From: Rhynchopus sp. YZ270_cl-10
Taxonomy: Eukaryota
DNA: 64,000 nucleotides
NCBI GenBank assembly: GCA_964035575.1
Contig: OZ037842.1
Location: forward strand, 558,001 to 622,000
Direction of reading: 5' to 3'
Positions 32,224 through 43,357 of the stretch are shown here, one piece after another. Each line of letters begins with the position of its first letter. Within the stretch, counting starts at the first letter, position 1. The position numbers and the translations under genes were made by a program. The notes under the pieces are model-generated. The model was not told the origin of the DNA. It ran no database searches and saw nothing but the letters and a program-made list of their open reading frames with translations.

Positions 32224-33276
32224 ACTGGATAAGTGTATAACCTATGCGTGATGTGGGTAGGTGGGTACAGAGCAACAGATGCATAGGGAAAACACCCTCC
32301 CGGCCTTCTTTTTTCCCCCATTTCCCTGACAACTCTCTCAACACATCAGATGTGACGCTGTACGTTCCCATTTGTACCCCCCTCGCTTGCAGTGCTGCGA
32401 ACACAAAGAAAAAGAAAAGGCTAGAAGATGAAGTAAGCTGGGGGTGCTTCGTCATCCCCAAAGAGAGAAAGCACGCTGTAGTCTCAGACACGGTAAAAAA
32501 AATAAATATGCACTATCAGCAAGGCGGGTAGCAATGGGTAACTCGATATCGCCCATCTCTTCAATGTATATATGACCCTCCCCCCCCCACCCACCCCTCA
32601 TTAGTCTCTCGGAGCAAAACAAACGCACACAATTTCATTATACTTTCCGATCGAGAAAGCACAAATGCGTTCAAAAACGTGCAAAAAAAAGAAAAAATAC
32701 ACAACATGAAAATAGATGATTAGTAAAAGGTCTCATGGGCCCAAACAAATCATGGGTGCAACACTCACCTTTTTAGGTAAAGGAACGTCATCCACAGACC
32801 CTGAGACACATAAACGATAAGTAGATCAATACAAAAGGTTAGTTGGAAGAAAGAGTTGGAAGAGAGCAAAAAGAAAAGAAAACTTGTAAGCTGACTGTGC
32901 CTCTCGAGCACATCCTTCACTATCGTTATCGCTGGAACACGCTAGATTTGTTCGGTGATGGGCTACATCTTCGTCACAGACGATTGTTCGGGGTGATGTC
33001 ACCATTTGCTTGTATTGCAGGTTGAGGCACGGAGATTTGCCTCTCGAGCATATGCGCAGTAAAGTAGGCCGGGTGGATATAGGCCTCTGGTTGTAGCCAA
33101 TCAATGCAGCAGGTGCCAATGAAGCGGGGCTCCTAGAATTGGGGATGGAAGTAGGCGGGAACAGTTGCCAGAAAGTGAGGTAGAAAAAAGTGCAAACGCC
33201 TCTGGGGCGTAGTGAAAAGTGAGAGCGTTGACGGAGCTTACAAATGGCATTGGGTTGAAACATTTCGACAACGGAA

Positions 33277-35211
33277 CTAAAACTGGAACTCCTCTGCATG
33301 TACGGGTACACCTAGAGTGTTTGCAGCGATGCTCACAGAGTGCACGACCATCTCAGGACCACAGACAAAGCAAGCACCATCACCTGCATGGTCGGCCTGG
33401 CGGAGGTAGGAGGCCCAGTCAGGCCTGCCCTGCTTGAAGACGATGTTGCTAGTCTTGCGTGTAGCGGGTTCCTGCACAGGGAGCTCGCGTAGAGAGTTGT
33501 TCTGGAACGCACCCTCAATGGGATTGCTGTCGTCCGACATCTTCTTCTCTGTGTTGTACATGTTCCACGCCACCTGACGCAGGCCGTGCACATCAGACAG
33601 GTACTCAATGTCCTCCTTAAAAGCCTCATAAACATCCTCGCCACGGTACGCCCACACAATGGTGACGTACTTGAAATCAATCTTCGAAGGGTTCGTAACA
33701 GAAAGGTTCTTGTAGTGCGACATAAACCCAAGGACAGGAACAATCCCAACACCGCCAGCAAACAAAAAGACGTGCCGTGCCTTCTCCTCGTTGAACATAA
33801 GGCGTCCATGTGGACCCGTCACAATCGCCTTATCCCCGATGTGGCAGTTCTGAAGGCGGCTCGACCACTCCATCTTCTTCCCCGGCTGCTCTTTGCAGTA
33901 CAGAGTGAAGGAAACATTCGAACGAGAGTCTGGGCCTGAGCCAGGCATGTGGGTGCGAGCAACTGAGAGGGGGTGTGTCTCAGGTACTGCATTGTCGATG
34001 CTGGGGATGCGCAGGGTCACCCACTGACCAGGCGAGTAGGTGAAGTTCTTTTGTGCTATTGTCAACTTCGTGATCCCACCTGTCAACTGCGTGACCTCAA
34101 TGATCTCTGCAGGATCCTTCATAGTAGCAACATTCTCCATCGCAACATCCACAGCGTACAGAATGACAGGGATGCCAGAGAAGATCATGAGGGTTGGGTA
34201 GTGCACCCACGCAAGAGGGTACAGAACAGCGTACAGCATGTGTGTCATGATGAAGAAGTTGTAGTGCTTCCTCCTCACAATAGCACCAGCACTGATGAAA
34301 AACTGCACAAAGAAGCAGAGCAGACCTGCCAACGGCGGTCCGTGTGGGTAATCAGCCTTCCACGTCGTAATCCGGTCAAACGCATTCCCCACTGCCTCGC
34401 TTTGTGACACACCGTCTGCGTAACCAATAAACGCCCCTGTTGTGGGGGAACGCACTGGCTCTCCGTACTTGTAGTACTCAACATATCCAATCATCATCAG
34501 AAGGAAGTGAAGGAACATTGTCGTCAATGTCCATGTTCCCAGACGTGTGTGGAACCTGAGTGCACGTTCGTACGGAATGCCAAAGGTGAAGAGAAGCACT
34601 GAGTTCTTTGCCACAGGGAACAGCAACAACGTCAGAATACCGCACAACATACCGCCGAGTCCACACCCAACAGGCGAGACAAGGTTGTTGATGTACGCGT
34701 GGTTCCACACGTACAGGTAGCACAGCACCAGCCACCCAACAATCCACACTGCAACCACCAGCTCACACCACGTCAGCGAGAGTGGCACAATGAAACGCTG
34801 CTCCAACTTTGCAGGCTTGCCGCGGGGAATCAGACACAAACGGCGCTGGTAGCTGTCCCTGAACACCACCATCCCCACGAGTGCAAAGATAACCATCAGC
34901 AACATCCAGGTAATGAGCAGGTACGCAATGGGTTCGCCGTGGTCGCCACGCCACTCGAAGTAGATCTGCCCGCCGTCACCTGAGGTGAACTTTGCCCAAT
35001 CGAAGATGGGGGGTGTTGTCTTTGCCGAGCAGCCTGCACGCCCTGTGCAACCTTGCCCATTAATGACACCATGCTCAGGACGGAAGCCGTAGTCCTCACC
35101 ACCACTGGGGAAAACAGAATTAACGTTCACCTCCTCCACACGCGCAAACCCCATTATCATGAAGACCACCCATATCGCAGCCAAGGTCACCGCCGCTGCC
35201 AATCTATGCAT
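33277..35211 (-). CDS. Ferric reductase/NOX-family flavocytochrome (copy 3, minimal ectodomain)
   Basis: Same motifs; more diverged and lacks the acidic linker. Confidence 0.9.
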   Translation of the reverse strand: MHRLAAAVTLAAIWVVFMIMGFARVEEVNVNSVFPSGGEDYGFRPEHGVINGQGCTGRAGCSAKTTPPIFDWAKFTSGDGGQIYFEWRGDHGEPIAYLLITWMLLMVIFALVGMVVFRDSYQRRLCLIPRGKPAKLEQRFIVPLSLTWCELVVAVWIVGWLVLCYLYVWNHAYINNLVSPVGCGLGGMLCGILTLLLFPVAKNSVLLFTFGIPYERALRFHTRLGTWTLTTMFLHFLLMMIGYVEYYKYGEPVRSPTTGAFIGYADGVSQSEAVGNAFDRITTWKADYPHGPPLAGLLCFFVQFFISAGAIVRRKHYNFFIMTHMLYAVLYPLAWVHYPTLMIFSGIPVILYAVDVAMENVATMKDPAEIIEVTQLTGGITKLTIAQKNFTYSPGQWVTLRIPSIDNAVPETHPLSVARTHMPGSGPDSRSNVSFTLYCKEQPGKKMEWSSRLQNCHIGDKAIVTGPHGRLMFNEEKARHVFLFAGGVGIVPVLGFMSHYKNLSVTNPSKIDFKYVTIVWAYRGEDVYEAFKEDIEYLSDVHGLRQVAWNMYNTEKKMSDDSNPIEGAFQNNSLRELPVQEPATRKTSNIVFKQGRPDWASYLRQADHAGDGACFVCGPEMVVHSVSIAANTLGVPVHAEEFQF

Positions 35212-35448
35212 ACTGTCCGAGTGTATAACCTATGCGTGGTGTGGGTAGGTGGGTGGGTCTCTCCTCTAACACCATACAAAAACCCCCCTCTTTTTTATCC
35301 ACATCCTTTCCACCCCGGGGAGCAAAAACTCCCACCCCCCCTCACAGCAGAGAATAAGACTCGGGACCCGGTTATTCTCAGCCGGACTGGGACCCGGGAC
35401 CGGGACCTTGACCAGGACCCAGGGACCCGGCTTATTATCTGCTCTCCC

Positions 35449-36735
35449 TCAGTCATCATCCATGACGCGAAGAAGATGGGACAACGTGCCGCTCATCTCT
35501 GCTAGGTTGTCCTTCTCCCGGAGCAGGTGGCTGTGTAATGGAGTCTGCGTCGAAACTATGCCGGCCTGCTCCTGCGACACCTCCAATGCGGCGAGGAATG
35601 CCAGCTTCTGGTGCGCGGGCATATCGTAGCCACGTTTGGTGCAGAGGGCTTCGACTTCCTTCATCTCTTCATCTGTCAAGACATGAAGAAGCCCAACAAC
35701 AGTCTCCATGATTGGAACAATGGTCTTAACACCAAACTTCTTACACAAAACCACCGACCGTAAAATTGACATCACCGTGCTCGCATCTTGCCGCCTCCAA
35801 TAGGTTTGCGGGCTTCTCGTCAAACGCAAACCCACTAAATGAATTTGAGACACAGAGAGCGTTGCACCCATCTGTTCGTAAGCGCACATCACCGCTGCTA
35901 GCCCATCAAATGGCACCTCCCGCAGAAATGCTGGCGAGACAACCTCTCTGAGAAGTGGGGCATCGACGTGGCGCACCTTCCCTGCAGCCCAGAGGACACG
36001 AGAGAGATTCATACTTGAAAACTCTTCGTGGTTTTCTTGGAGCATATGGCAGAGTGTTGGGACGAAGTGTTTCCCGGAGTCTATTGTTGCAACGCTTTGC
36101 GCAAGACTTCCAATTTCGTTTTCAGAGTACACAAAGGGAGCTCCTTGCGCACTCTGTGCAGGATGTGCTGCTTCTCTGACTAGATCTCCAATGACATCAA
36201 ACAACGACGGAACGTACACCGCCATCTCCGCATAGCACGACAACAACGTTGCCTGCGTTTCAGGGGGAAACTGCGCTGTGTCCTCCTCCAGTTGCCCCAT
36301 CAACCTTGTGGTCAGCTCCTCAAGGAAGCTATGCGAAGCACCGTTCGCCTTAGACACTGCAACCACGCTTGATACAAGAAATGGAACTGTGAGTGGTGCA
36401 TCAACTGCTGCCCAGCGTTCAACGGTGACCACAATAACTCCAAGGCATTTTGGTGACAGTCCGCAATACAAAGAACCCCATATAACGTCCTCCGCAAGGC
36501 GGGCTGCTTCGGGCGAGAAGGGCTCGGAAGTAAGGCGTTCTGCAGCGGAACGTGCTGCGGCAAGAAAGGCACGATATGCAACAACAGACTCGGCACGCCC
36601 CGCAAATTCTTTGTTGCGGTGCTGTCGTAGGTTCTCCTCGTGCAGCACGTCCTTCTGCTTCTGGAGTGTGTAGCTCAAATGGTGCAGCGATTGTGTGCCA
36701 GCAGAGCGCTGCAACGCCTGTAGAGACCTCCGCAT
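35449..36735 (-). CDS. Alpha-helical repeat protein, possibly mitochondrial RNA-binding (FASTK/OPR/HPR-like)
   Basis: 428-aa ORF with an Arg/Ser/Leu-rich N-terminus resembling a presequence. Helical repeat-like segments such as NLSRVLWAAGKV, GLAAVMCAYEQMG and TLLSCYAEM. The family call is weak. Confidence 0.5.
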   Translation of the reverse strand: MRRSLQALQRSAGTQSLHHLSYTLQKQKDVLHEENLRQHRNKEFAGRAESVVAYRAFLAAARSAAERLTSEPFSPEAARLAEDVIWGSLYCGLSPKCLGVIVVTVERWAAVDAPLTVPFLVSSVVAVSKANGASHSFLEELTTRLMGQLEEDTAQFPPETQATLLSCYAEMAVYVPSLFDVIGDLVREAAHPAQSAQGAPFVYSENEIGSLAQSVATIDSGKHFVPTLCHMLQENHEEFSSMNLSRVLWAAGKVRHVDAPLLREVVSPAFLREVPFDGLAAVMCAYEQMGATLSVSQIHLVGLRLTRSPQTYWRRQDASTVMSILRSVVLCKKFGVKTIVPIMETVVGLLHVLTDEEMKEVEALCTKRGYDMPAHQKLAFLAALEVSQEQAGIVSTQTPLHSHLLREKDNLAEMSGTLSHLLRVMDDD

Positions 36736-37264
36736 GTCTGCTACACAAAACGTCGCATTTTTTTTTGTGTATAATTCTGATAATGGGGTGGGGAAAATGA
36801 GCAGGCTCAGAACGCATGCGAGAAGGAGGCCGAGCAGAGGCAGAGGCGGTGCTGGATTGGCGGCAGCGTATTCGCGACAACTCGGCCGGCCTCATTCTAG
36901 AACCGCAGCAAGTATTGGTGGGAGGTTTGGCACATGGCCCGGGGGGTGCGCAGGGGCCGCGCGCTGCGGGAAGACCACGGAAATTCGAAGAGCCGCACAC
37001 TAGAGGCGAGACCGAAAGAGGAAGATGAAAAAATGTGTCTCTCGTGTCAGAAAGAGAGAGTTGAAAAAAGGGGATGAAAGCATACCAAAGTGTGCGGAAA
37101 AACCAAATACCTTTTCTTTTTTGCGATTTTCCCCCCTTCGGGAACTTCCTAGACCCCACCCCAAAAAAAAACATATTTTTTTTCTCTAAAAATTCTCTCC
37201 CCTTCACCCCCCCCCCCCTTCCCCACTTCCCATTTTGCATGCTAGATGTTCCCTCCCTTTCCCC

Positions 37265-39010
37265 CTAAAACACTGTGATAGGAAGCAACGGATCGAACCT
37301 CTGCTCCAGCAGGTAACCCTCTGCGGCAATTGCAGATCTGTAGTCGTAACGGCCGACGAGAAGCACGTCACTCATAGAGGCGATAGAGAGTTCGATGGCT
37401 TTGTTCCGTGTAGCGTGGCCTTCTTCACCGGGGTAACGGAACATCACCTTTGACAGAAGTGGCAACTTCGTGGCACATGCCTTTTTGTATGCCTGCCACT
37501 CCTCTTCTGAAAGGTGCGAACACGACACAAAGACACGGAAAGGGGTTTCCGTCTTCCTCAACAATTTGACATTCTCGAAAAGCGTCTCCGCAACAAGCGC
37601 AGGAGAAGGCACCCCAGTTGCCTCCGGTGCAGGCCGTTCGACGACATACTTCTTCCCCTTAAGCACCTTCGTGTACGCAACAGATGGATTCCTTTTCGCC
37701 CCGGGCTGCACATTCTTCCTCTGCGGAAGCACCACGGCGATGATGTGGATGTCTTTCCCTTCTTCGCGGAGCCCTGCAACAGGGGGCTTCATTGTTAAGG
37801 AGATGAATGCGTCGGCAATGTCGAGGATTGCAGGGGAGAAGCGGATGCGTGAGCGGGCACGCCAGAAGAGAAGTGAGTCGTACACACGTTGCGGGTCGTG
37901 CTCTGCGCAGAGAACGGAAAATACAGGAAATGTGTGTGCCGGGCTGCAGTCATTGCAGAAGGCGACCAATGGGGTCTCAATGAAGTCTGTCATTCTATGT
38001 GTGACGCAGGTTCCATTGTCATGGCAGGTGCGGAAGTTGTTTGGGAACATAAAGGTGGTAACGTTGTTCCCAAGTGCACAGAGTGCGTATTTGTTGAGAA
38101 TGCGAAGCTGTTTGATAAGAGTGCTCTCAGGGGCCACAGCGTCACGCCTCATCCCCGACCGGATAGGGCGGTTGCCACGTTGTCCAAGCCAGCCAGGAAG
38201 CTTGAATTTCAATGAACTGTTCTTTTCGTTGAAAAAGATGTTGGCGGCCTGCACATCATTGTCCAAAGTGCTTGCATTAAAGCGGGTCACGTTCTTGCGC
38301 ATGGACGCAGCAATGTCATCAATGAACAGAACACCTTTCTTCGAGGTAAGCGGCCCGCTCACACGCTTTCCGTTGTGTGTTACATTGGTTTCGTTGAAAC
38401 GTTTGTCGATTTCAATCCATTTTTCGAGGTTTGCCTGGACGTACGCCTCATTGATGCCGCCACTGGGGATCGGGAGGTCAAGCTTCTTCATGAGCCTTTC
38501 GTGTTTACGCATCAAACGGCTCTTGAAATCGTTGAGCATGACGTACTTCATGCCACGCTTCTTGGTTGCGGTCTCTAACACATCACGGAAGGACTGAACA
38601 GCAGCGTTCTTCCTGTCCAACTCTGCTTGGGCAGTGTCGTGTATCGCAGTGTAGTTGATGTTTGCAAGCTTGCGCGCGTGTTTGCAGTCGTCGAAACGCT
38701 CTTGAAGTGATTCCAGCTCGGAAGCAATTGTTTCACGGTCCTTAATGATTTTGTTGAGCTCTTCCTTCTGCGCGGTGGCAATGTTTGGGAGAAGGGAAAG
38801 CCCACGAACGCATTTCTTGTTTGCATCGTCAAGTTGTTTGTACTTTGCAGCGGCGCGTGCCTCAGCAGCACGTTCATCAGGGTCACGACGCGAACCAATC
38901 CAATAAAAGAGCAGCAGCGACGCAGCAAACCACCCCACCGCGATCCACACTCCACGTGCTTCATCGGCACGTTGCCGTGGCCTTCCAGCCATCAACCCAG
39001 CCTTTTTCAT
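37265..39010 (-). CDS. Type II membrane protein with coiled-coil stem; possible O-fucosyltransferase-like glycosyltransferase
   Basis: 581 aa with an N-terminal TM (VWIAVGWFAASLLLFYWIG) and a coiled coil. The C-terminal IRFSPAILDIADAFI..IIAV..VFVS..AIELSIASMSDVLLVG resembles GT-B fucosyltransferase tails. Confidence 0.5.
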   Translation of the reverse strand: MKKAGLMAGRPRQRADEARGVWIAVGWFAASLLLFYWIGSRRDPDERAAEARAAAKYKQLDDANKKCVRGLSLLPNIATAQKEELNKIIKDRETIASELESLQERFDDCKHARKLANINYTAIHDTAQAELDRKNAAVQSFRDVLETATKKRGMKYVMLNDFKSRLMRKHERLMKKLDLPIPSGGINEAYVQANLEKWIEIDKRFNETNVTHNGKRVSGPLTSKKGVLFIDDIAASMRKNVTRFNASTLDNDVQAANIFFNEKNSSLKFKLPGWLGQRGNRPIRSGMRRDAVAPESTLIKQLRILNKYALCALGNNVTTFMFPNNFRTCHDNGTCVTHRMTDFIETPLVAFCNDCSPAHTFPVFSVLCAEHDPQRVYDSLLFWRARSRIRFSPAILDIADAFISLTMKPPVAGLREEGKDIHIIAVVLPQRKNVQPGAKRNPSVAYTKVLKGKKYVVERPAPEATGVPSPALVAETLFENVKLLRKTETPFRVFVSCSHLSEEEWQAYKKACATKLPLLSKVMFRYPGEEGHATRNKAIELSIASMSDVLLVGRYDYRSAIAAEGYLLEQRFDPLLPITVF

Positions 39011-39638
39011 TTTGCTTTTATTTTAATTTAATTTCCTGGGTGGGTGGTGGTGAAGAGAAGAGGGCAACGAACACTCTGACCCATGAACAAGGGCTTGACG
39101 AACAATCAAGGTGTTGGAGAATGGTGAAGCTTGCTGGCGACTGAGTCTGCAGCTGAACCGTGCGCATCCTGACGGTTCGGAGATGGCGTCACGGCGTCGC
39201 ACCTCATTCATGCATACGCAGACGTACCGGTACATGAAAGGTTTTTGCAAACAAAAAAGCAAACAGAGGGTGGTTACTTTTTCATATGTGGGGAACATAT
39301 AAATAAAATGAAGAAAAGCAAAGTACCATCAAACGCATAGTTTTGTGACAATGCTTTGAGTGGAAGAAAACAACAAAAACAACAAAAAACAGTCAACAAC
39401 AAAGAGAAAGCGGACAAAACACAGATCAAAGCGGGTCATCCCGCGCCCGTGTGCTGTCAGGTGCCTCTCCTGTTGTGCAGGTGTGTGTACCACAGGCAAG
39501 ACTCGTGTGGTCGGAACACTACACTGCAGAAATGCAATAGATAATAAAATATTTTTCAGATGGCGGAGCTCTCATCTTGAAATATATAAACAGTTGAATG
39601 AAGTAGAAAATAGATTATTGGTTATTGATAATAACAAC

Positions 39639-40430
39639 TCACTTGGTAGACTTACCAGTCTCCCGCTTCCCAGTGAAGAGGTGCTCGTGGCAGCAGGCAG
39701 GGCAGTTCGTCCCTCCGTTGTTGGGGTCGCATGAGTCGTCCGTGTCATCAAGGCAGATGTGCAGGAAGTTTCCGTGGTCAAGAACGGAGCACTCGCTCTG
39801 GCCGTAGGTCGCTGCGTTCGGGTCGTACTGGTTGCACGACGGGGTACCGTAGCACACAAACAGGTCCTCGCACGTCGGTGCGTTGTCGCACACTGGCGCC
39901 ACCCCGCCCACGCTCTGCAGACACATCAGGTCACCGTTGTCGCAGAAGCAGCGCTGGCACTCGTGTGGGCCTTCGTTCATCCCCGACCACCCATGTGCAA
40001 CAGACGTCCCGCACTGCAGTGCACAGTCCATCTTCGCCGCACACGCTGTCGGTGCAGTGCATGTGTTCTGTGTACACGACAGCACGCCGTGTGCACACGT
40101 GCACGTGTTGCAGTTGTTCGACCCCATGTCGCTTCCACTCCAGCCGTGCGGCACCACCTCATCCGGGCACGCAAGCGTGCACGTCGCACCACACGCAGCA
40201 CCAGGCAGGTGGCACGGGGGCAGCACTCCACCCACCACACCCAGGCACTCCAAGTTCCCGTTGTCGCAGATGCACCTGTGGCAGCCACTTGGTCCCTCGT
40301 CGCTTCCGCTCCAACCATGCGGCACACCCGTCCCACATGCAAGCCTGCACCCCATGGAAAGCGCAGGGGTACTGTGCTGTGCCACCACTGTGGCACAGAG
40401 AGACGCAAGACACAGCAGGGCTGCCTTCAT
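39639..40430 (-). CDS. Secreted cysteine-rich protein with three VWC-like repeats
   Basis: Signal peptide MKAALLCLASLCATVVA followed by three HGWSG..CxxCxCxxGxLxC repeats. The 3' end may be spliced at GTAAGT near 39654. Confidence 0.7.
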   Translation of the reverse strand: MKAALLCLASLCATVVAQHSTPALSMGCRLACGTGVPHGWSGSDEGPSGCHRCICDNGNLECLGVVGGVLPPCHLPGAACGATCTLACPDEVVPHGWSGSDMGSNNCNTCTCAHGVLSCTQNTCTAPTACAAKMDCALQCGTSVAHGWSGMNEGPHECQRCFCDNGDLMCLQSVGGVAPVCDNAPTCEDLFVCYGTPSCNQYDPNAATYGQSECSVLDHGNFLHICLDDTDDSCDPNNGGTNCPACCHEHLFTGKRETGKSTK

Positions 40431-41910
40431 TGTGTGGTTTGTGTTGTCTTGAGTAGATATCTGTGTGAGGGTGATTCAGTGTGCGTCTGGATCATCGTGC
40501 ACTGCAATGTGCGCACCGAGCCTGTGCAGATGAATGAACGAAACACTGCAGAGCGCAGCTTCGGCAAGAGGAGGTTATGCAAACGTCAGTCAGAAACGGG
40601 AAATGGGTACTGGGATAAAGTATGTTTTTCTAGATTCGCTGTGCATGACGAACAAAAAATGTCTGCAAAAACAGAGAAAAGTGGGTAAATATGAGTAAGC
40701 CTTTCATGCTCAGTCACCTCAAACAGAAGGGGAAAGGGTGTAATTGGAGGGCCAACAGTTATCGCAAATATAGCTCTTTTTAGAAAGAAACTAATAGTGC
40801 GTGGGTATTTTTGTTTTTTTTGTTTTGTTCTTGTTCTTTTTTTTGCAAATAAAACCTTGAAAATTAATGACATATTGTTCAGGCTTTTTTGATTTGATTG
40901 TTCTGTGAGAAATGGCTCGTTCTTTACTATTTTGTGTATTTGTAAATGGAAAAAAAAACTTTTTTTGTTTTGAAACAGACGAATGTGTGGCTGTGTAACA
41001 CTACATCCATTCTGCTCATGAAAATATGGGTTTTGCTAAAAAAGGTGAGACTCACCTCCTTTTTTTTTTGTGCATTATCAACCCACCTAAGTAGGACCAA
41101 TGCATCATTCCTTTGATTTGAAACTGCTATGAGGCTAATACTCTCAAGGCTTTTAAAGAAAGACAAAAAAATGAACTTAAAAAAAGTGTGTACGCCTCTA
41201 TGAACGTAGACACTGAAACGGAAAGAAAACTTGAAAAGGTGAATGTACCTCTCGTACACAGCGCACCAATGAAAAGAGTGGGGGGGAACATCGAGGTGCC
41301 CCGTTGTTCACCCCCCAGGGGGGTTTTTTTTATTTAGGTTATTTCTGTGCGTGTTGCTTCTTTATATGACACGCTTTGGCTTACCGGCAATGCAACTGTT
41401 AATCAAATAAAACTGATAAAAAGATGTGAGCTTCGTTTCAAAGAGAGAAGGCAGGATATTCTTCAAAAGCAAAACAAAAGTGACATATCCATAGTGTAAG
41501 ATCCTGACCAGAGTACAACGAATTGCGCCGTCTTTTTTTGAACCGGATGGTAGACATCAAACGATACTGCCCATCTTCGTTTACCTCCCTCACCTCCCAG
41601 GTAAAAAAAACGGCTTCGCACAAAAAAAAAAAAAAAATGAAATAAAGTAGGATGACCTAAGCACTGCTTATTCACCTTGAAAAGCTCGAGCGGATTGGGT
41701 CTTACGGGACCACACATCCACTCGCTTGAACAGGGGAAGGGAGGGGAGGGGAGGGGATGGGGGAGGAAACTGGGCAGAATGATATATCTGCTGGGAATGG
41801 CAAAAGGGGGAAAAATAAACGCAAGACAGCGACACATTCATTGGGGGAAATTGGAACGTAATCAAGTATTTCAACATGTGCAATCAATAAATTGACAGCC
41901 TAGCATTGGA

Positions 41911-42022
41911 CACGGATACTGCCAGATCTGGCCAGATCTGGAAACCAGATTTCCACATCTGGAAAACGAGCCAGATCTGGGATATTGGCCCTCATATCTG
42001 GCCAGATCTGGCAGTATCCGTG
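41911..42022. mobile_element. 112-bp MITE with 6-bp TSD
   Basis: 27-bp perfect TIR CACGGATACTGCCAGATCTGGCCAGAT. ATTGGA is duplicated at 41905-41910 and 42023-42028. Internal CCAGATCTGG repeats. Confidence 0.85.
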
Positions 42023-43357
42023 ATTGGAGGAGGGATAAATAGCAGAGTTTTGTCCATTATTGCAAGATAAAAAGGGTGTTCAATGGAAATGGAAAGAAAA
42101 GCTTAACAACCGAAAAACGTCCAGTTGAAACCACGCATCTTATAAGAAAGAACTTAACAGATGAACAGGGTCCTCTGGGTTCAACAAATCTTGAAGAAAA
42201 ACTGGGTGCCTCTTTTGCACCCACATACACCAATGAAAAGAACGCAAGCAAGAAACGTGAGGTGATAAACGGACCGCTGTCGTGTGGACAAGGCCTGTGC
42301 CAGCTCACACCCTCGGTGATGAGAAAGAATAGTATGCAAAAGAGGAGTTGAAAGAGTGCAAACGTCTTACCGTTCATCGGCGGACGCAGACACTAGATTG
42401 ACTGAATAGAAAATGTTTTGTATAAGATGATCCTGAGCCTCTCGTGCTCAGTCACCTTGAAAGGAAGATAATGATGTACAAAGATAGAAGCTTCGTAATT
42501 AGAGAAAAAAAGTTGGGAAGATGGTCTATGTTTGGCCACCAGTCTCACTTAATTAAATTACCTTAAATTACAGATGTTTCGTGGCGTTAGTAATCTTCTT
42601 AGAAGATGAAGAACAAAAAAAGTACAGAAAGTTTTTTTAGGTCCGTTTTTAGCTCAAAAGGACGGAGGGGATGGGTAAAAAAACAATGGGTAAATTGGTC
42701 TAACAGCGGTGTTTTATGTTGTGAAATGGAGTGTACACATCTAGGTGTGCACATTATTTTTCTGTTTTTTATTTTTGTTTTTGGGAGTTTTGGAGGGGAT
42801 CATACTTTTGAAACTTCAAACTGTTCTGAACAAACAACGGACCAACGAAACGATAACTTTTTTTTTTTTTTTGCTTTGCTTTGAAGCCCTTCGCTTCTTA
42901 CGAGAACACATACCAAATCGAATAAGAAGAGAATACGTACAGAGGTTTCTCAACAGGAAGTGTTTGCTAGAGGAGACAAAGTTACAATAAAAGAGAAGGA
43001 TTGGCCAAGAAGGGTCGGAGCATTTTATGTATTTTTTTTTGCTTAGACATTCTTGACTTTCGAATAAAGGAGAAGACCACATGCGCTTCCCATGCGGAAC
43101 TAATTTCTTTTCGAAACAAAATAACAGAACATCGAACTGCAATTGAGGTCTGGTTACCACGCTTTGCAAAGAAAAAAAACCAATGAATGTATACATGGGG
43201 GAGAGCAAAAAATAGGGACAGGAAAACAAAAGGAACCAAAACATAACGAAAAAGAAAACTTCCAAAGCTGGATGTGCCTACTGCACACACATCTTACGGC
43301 GTTGATACAACCATGCACCACACCTCCCTATCCCCAACTAATGCTCCAACCCCCTTA

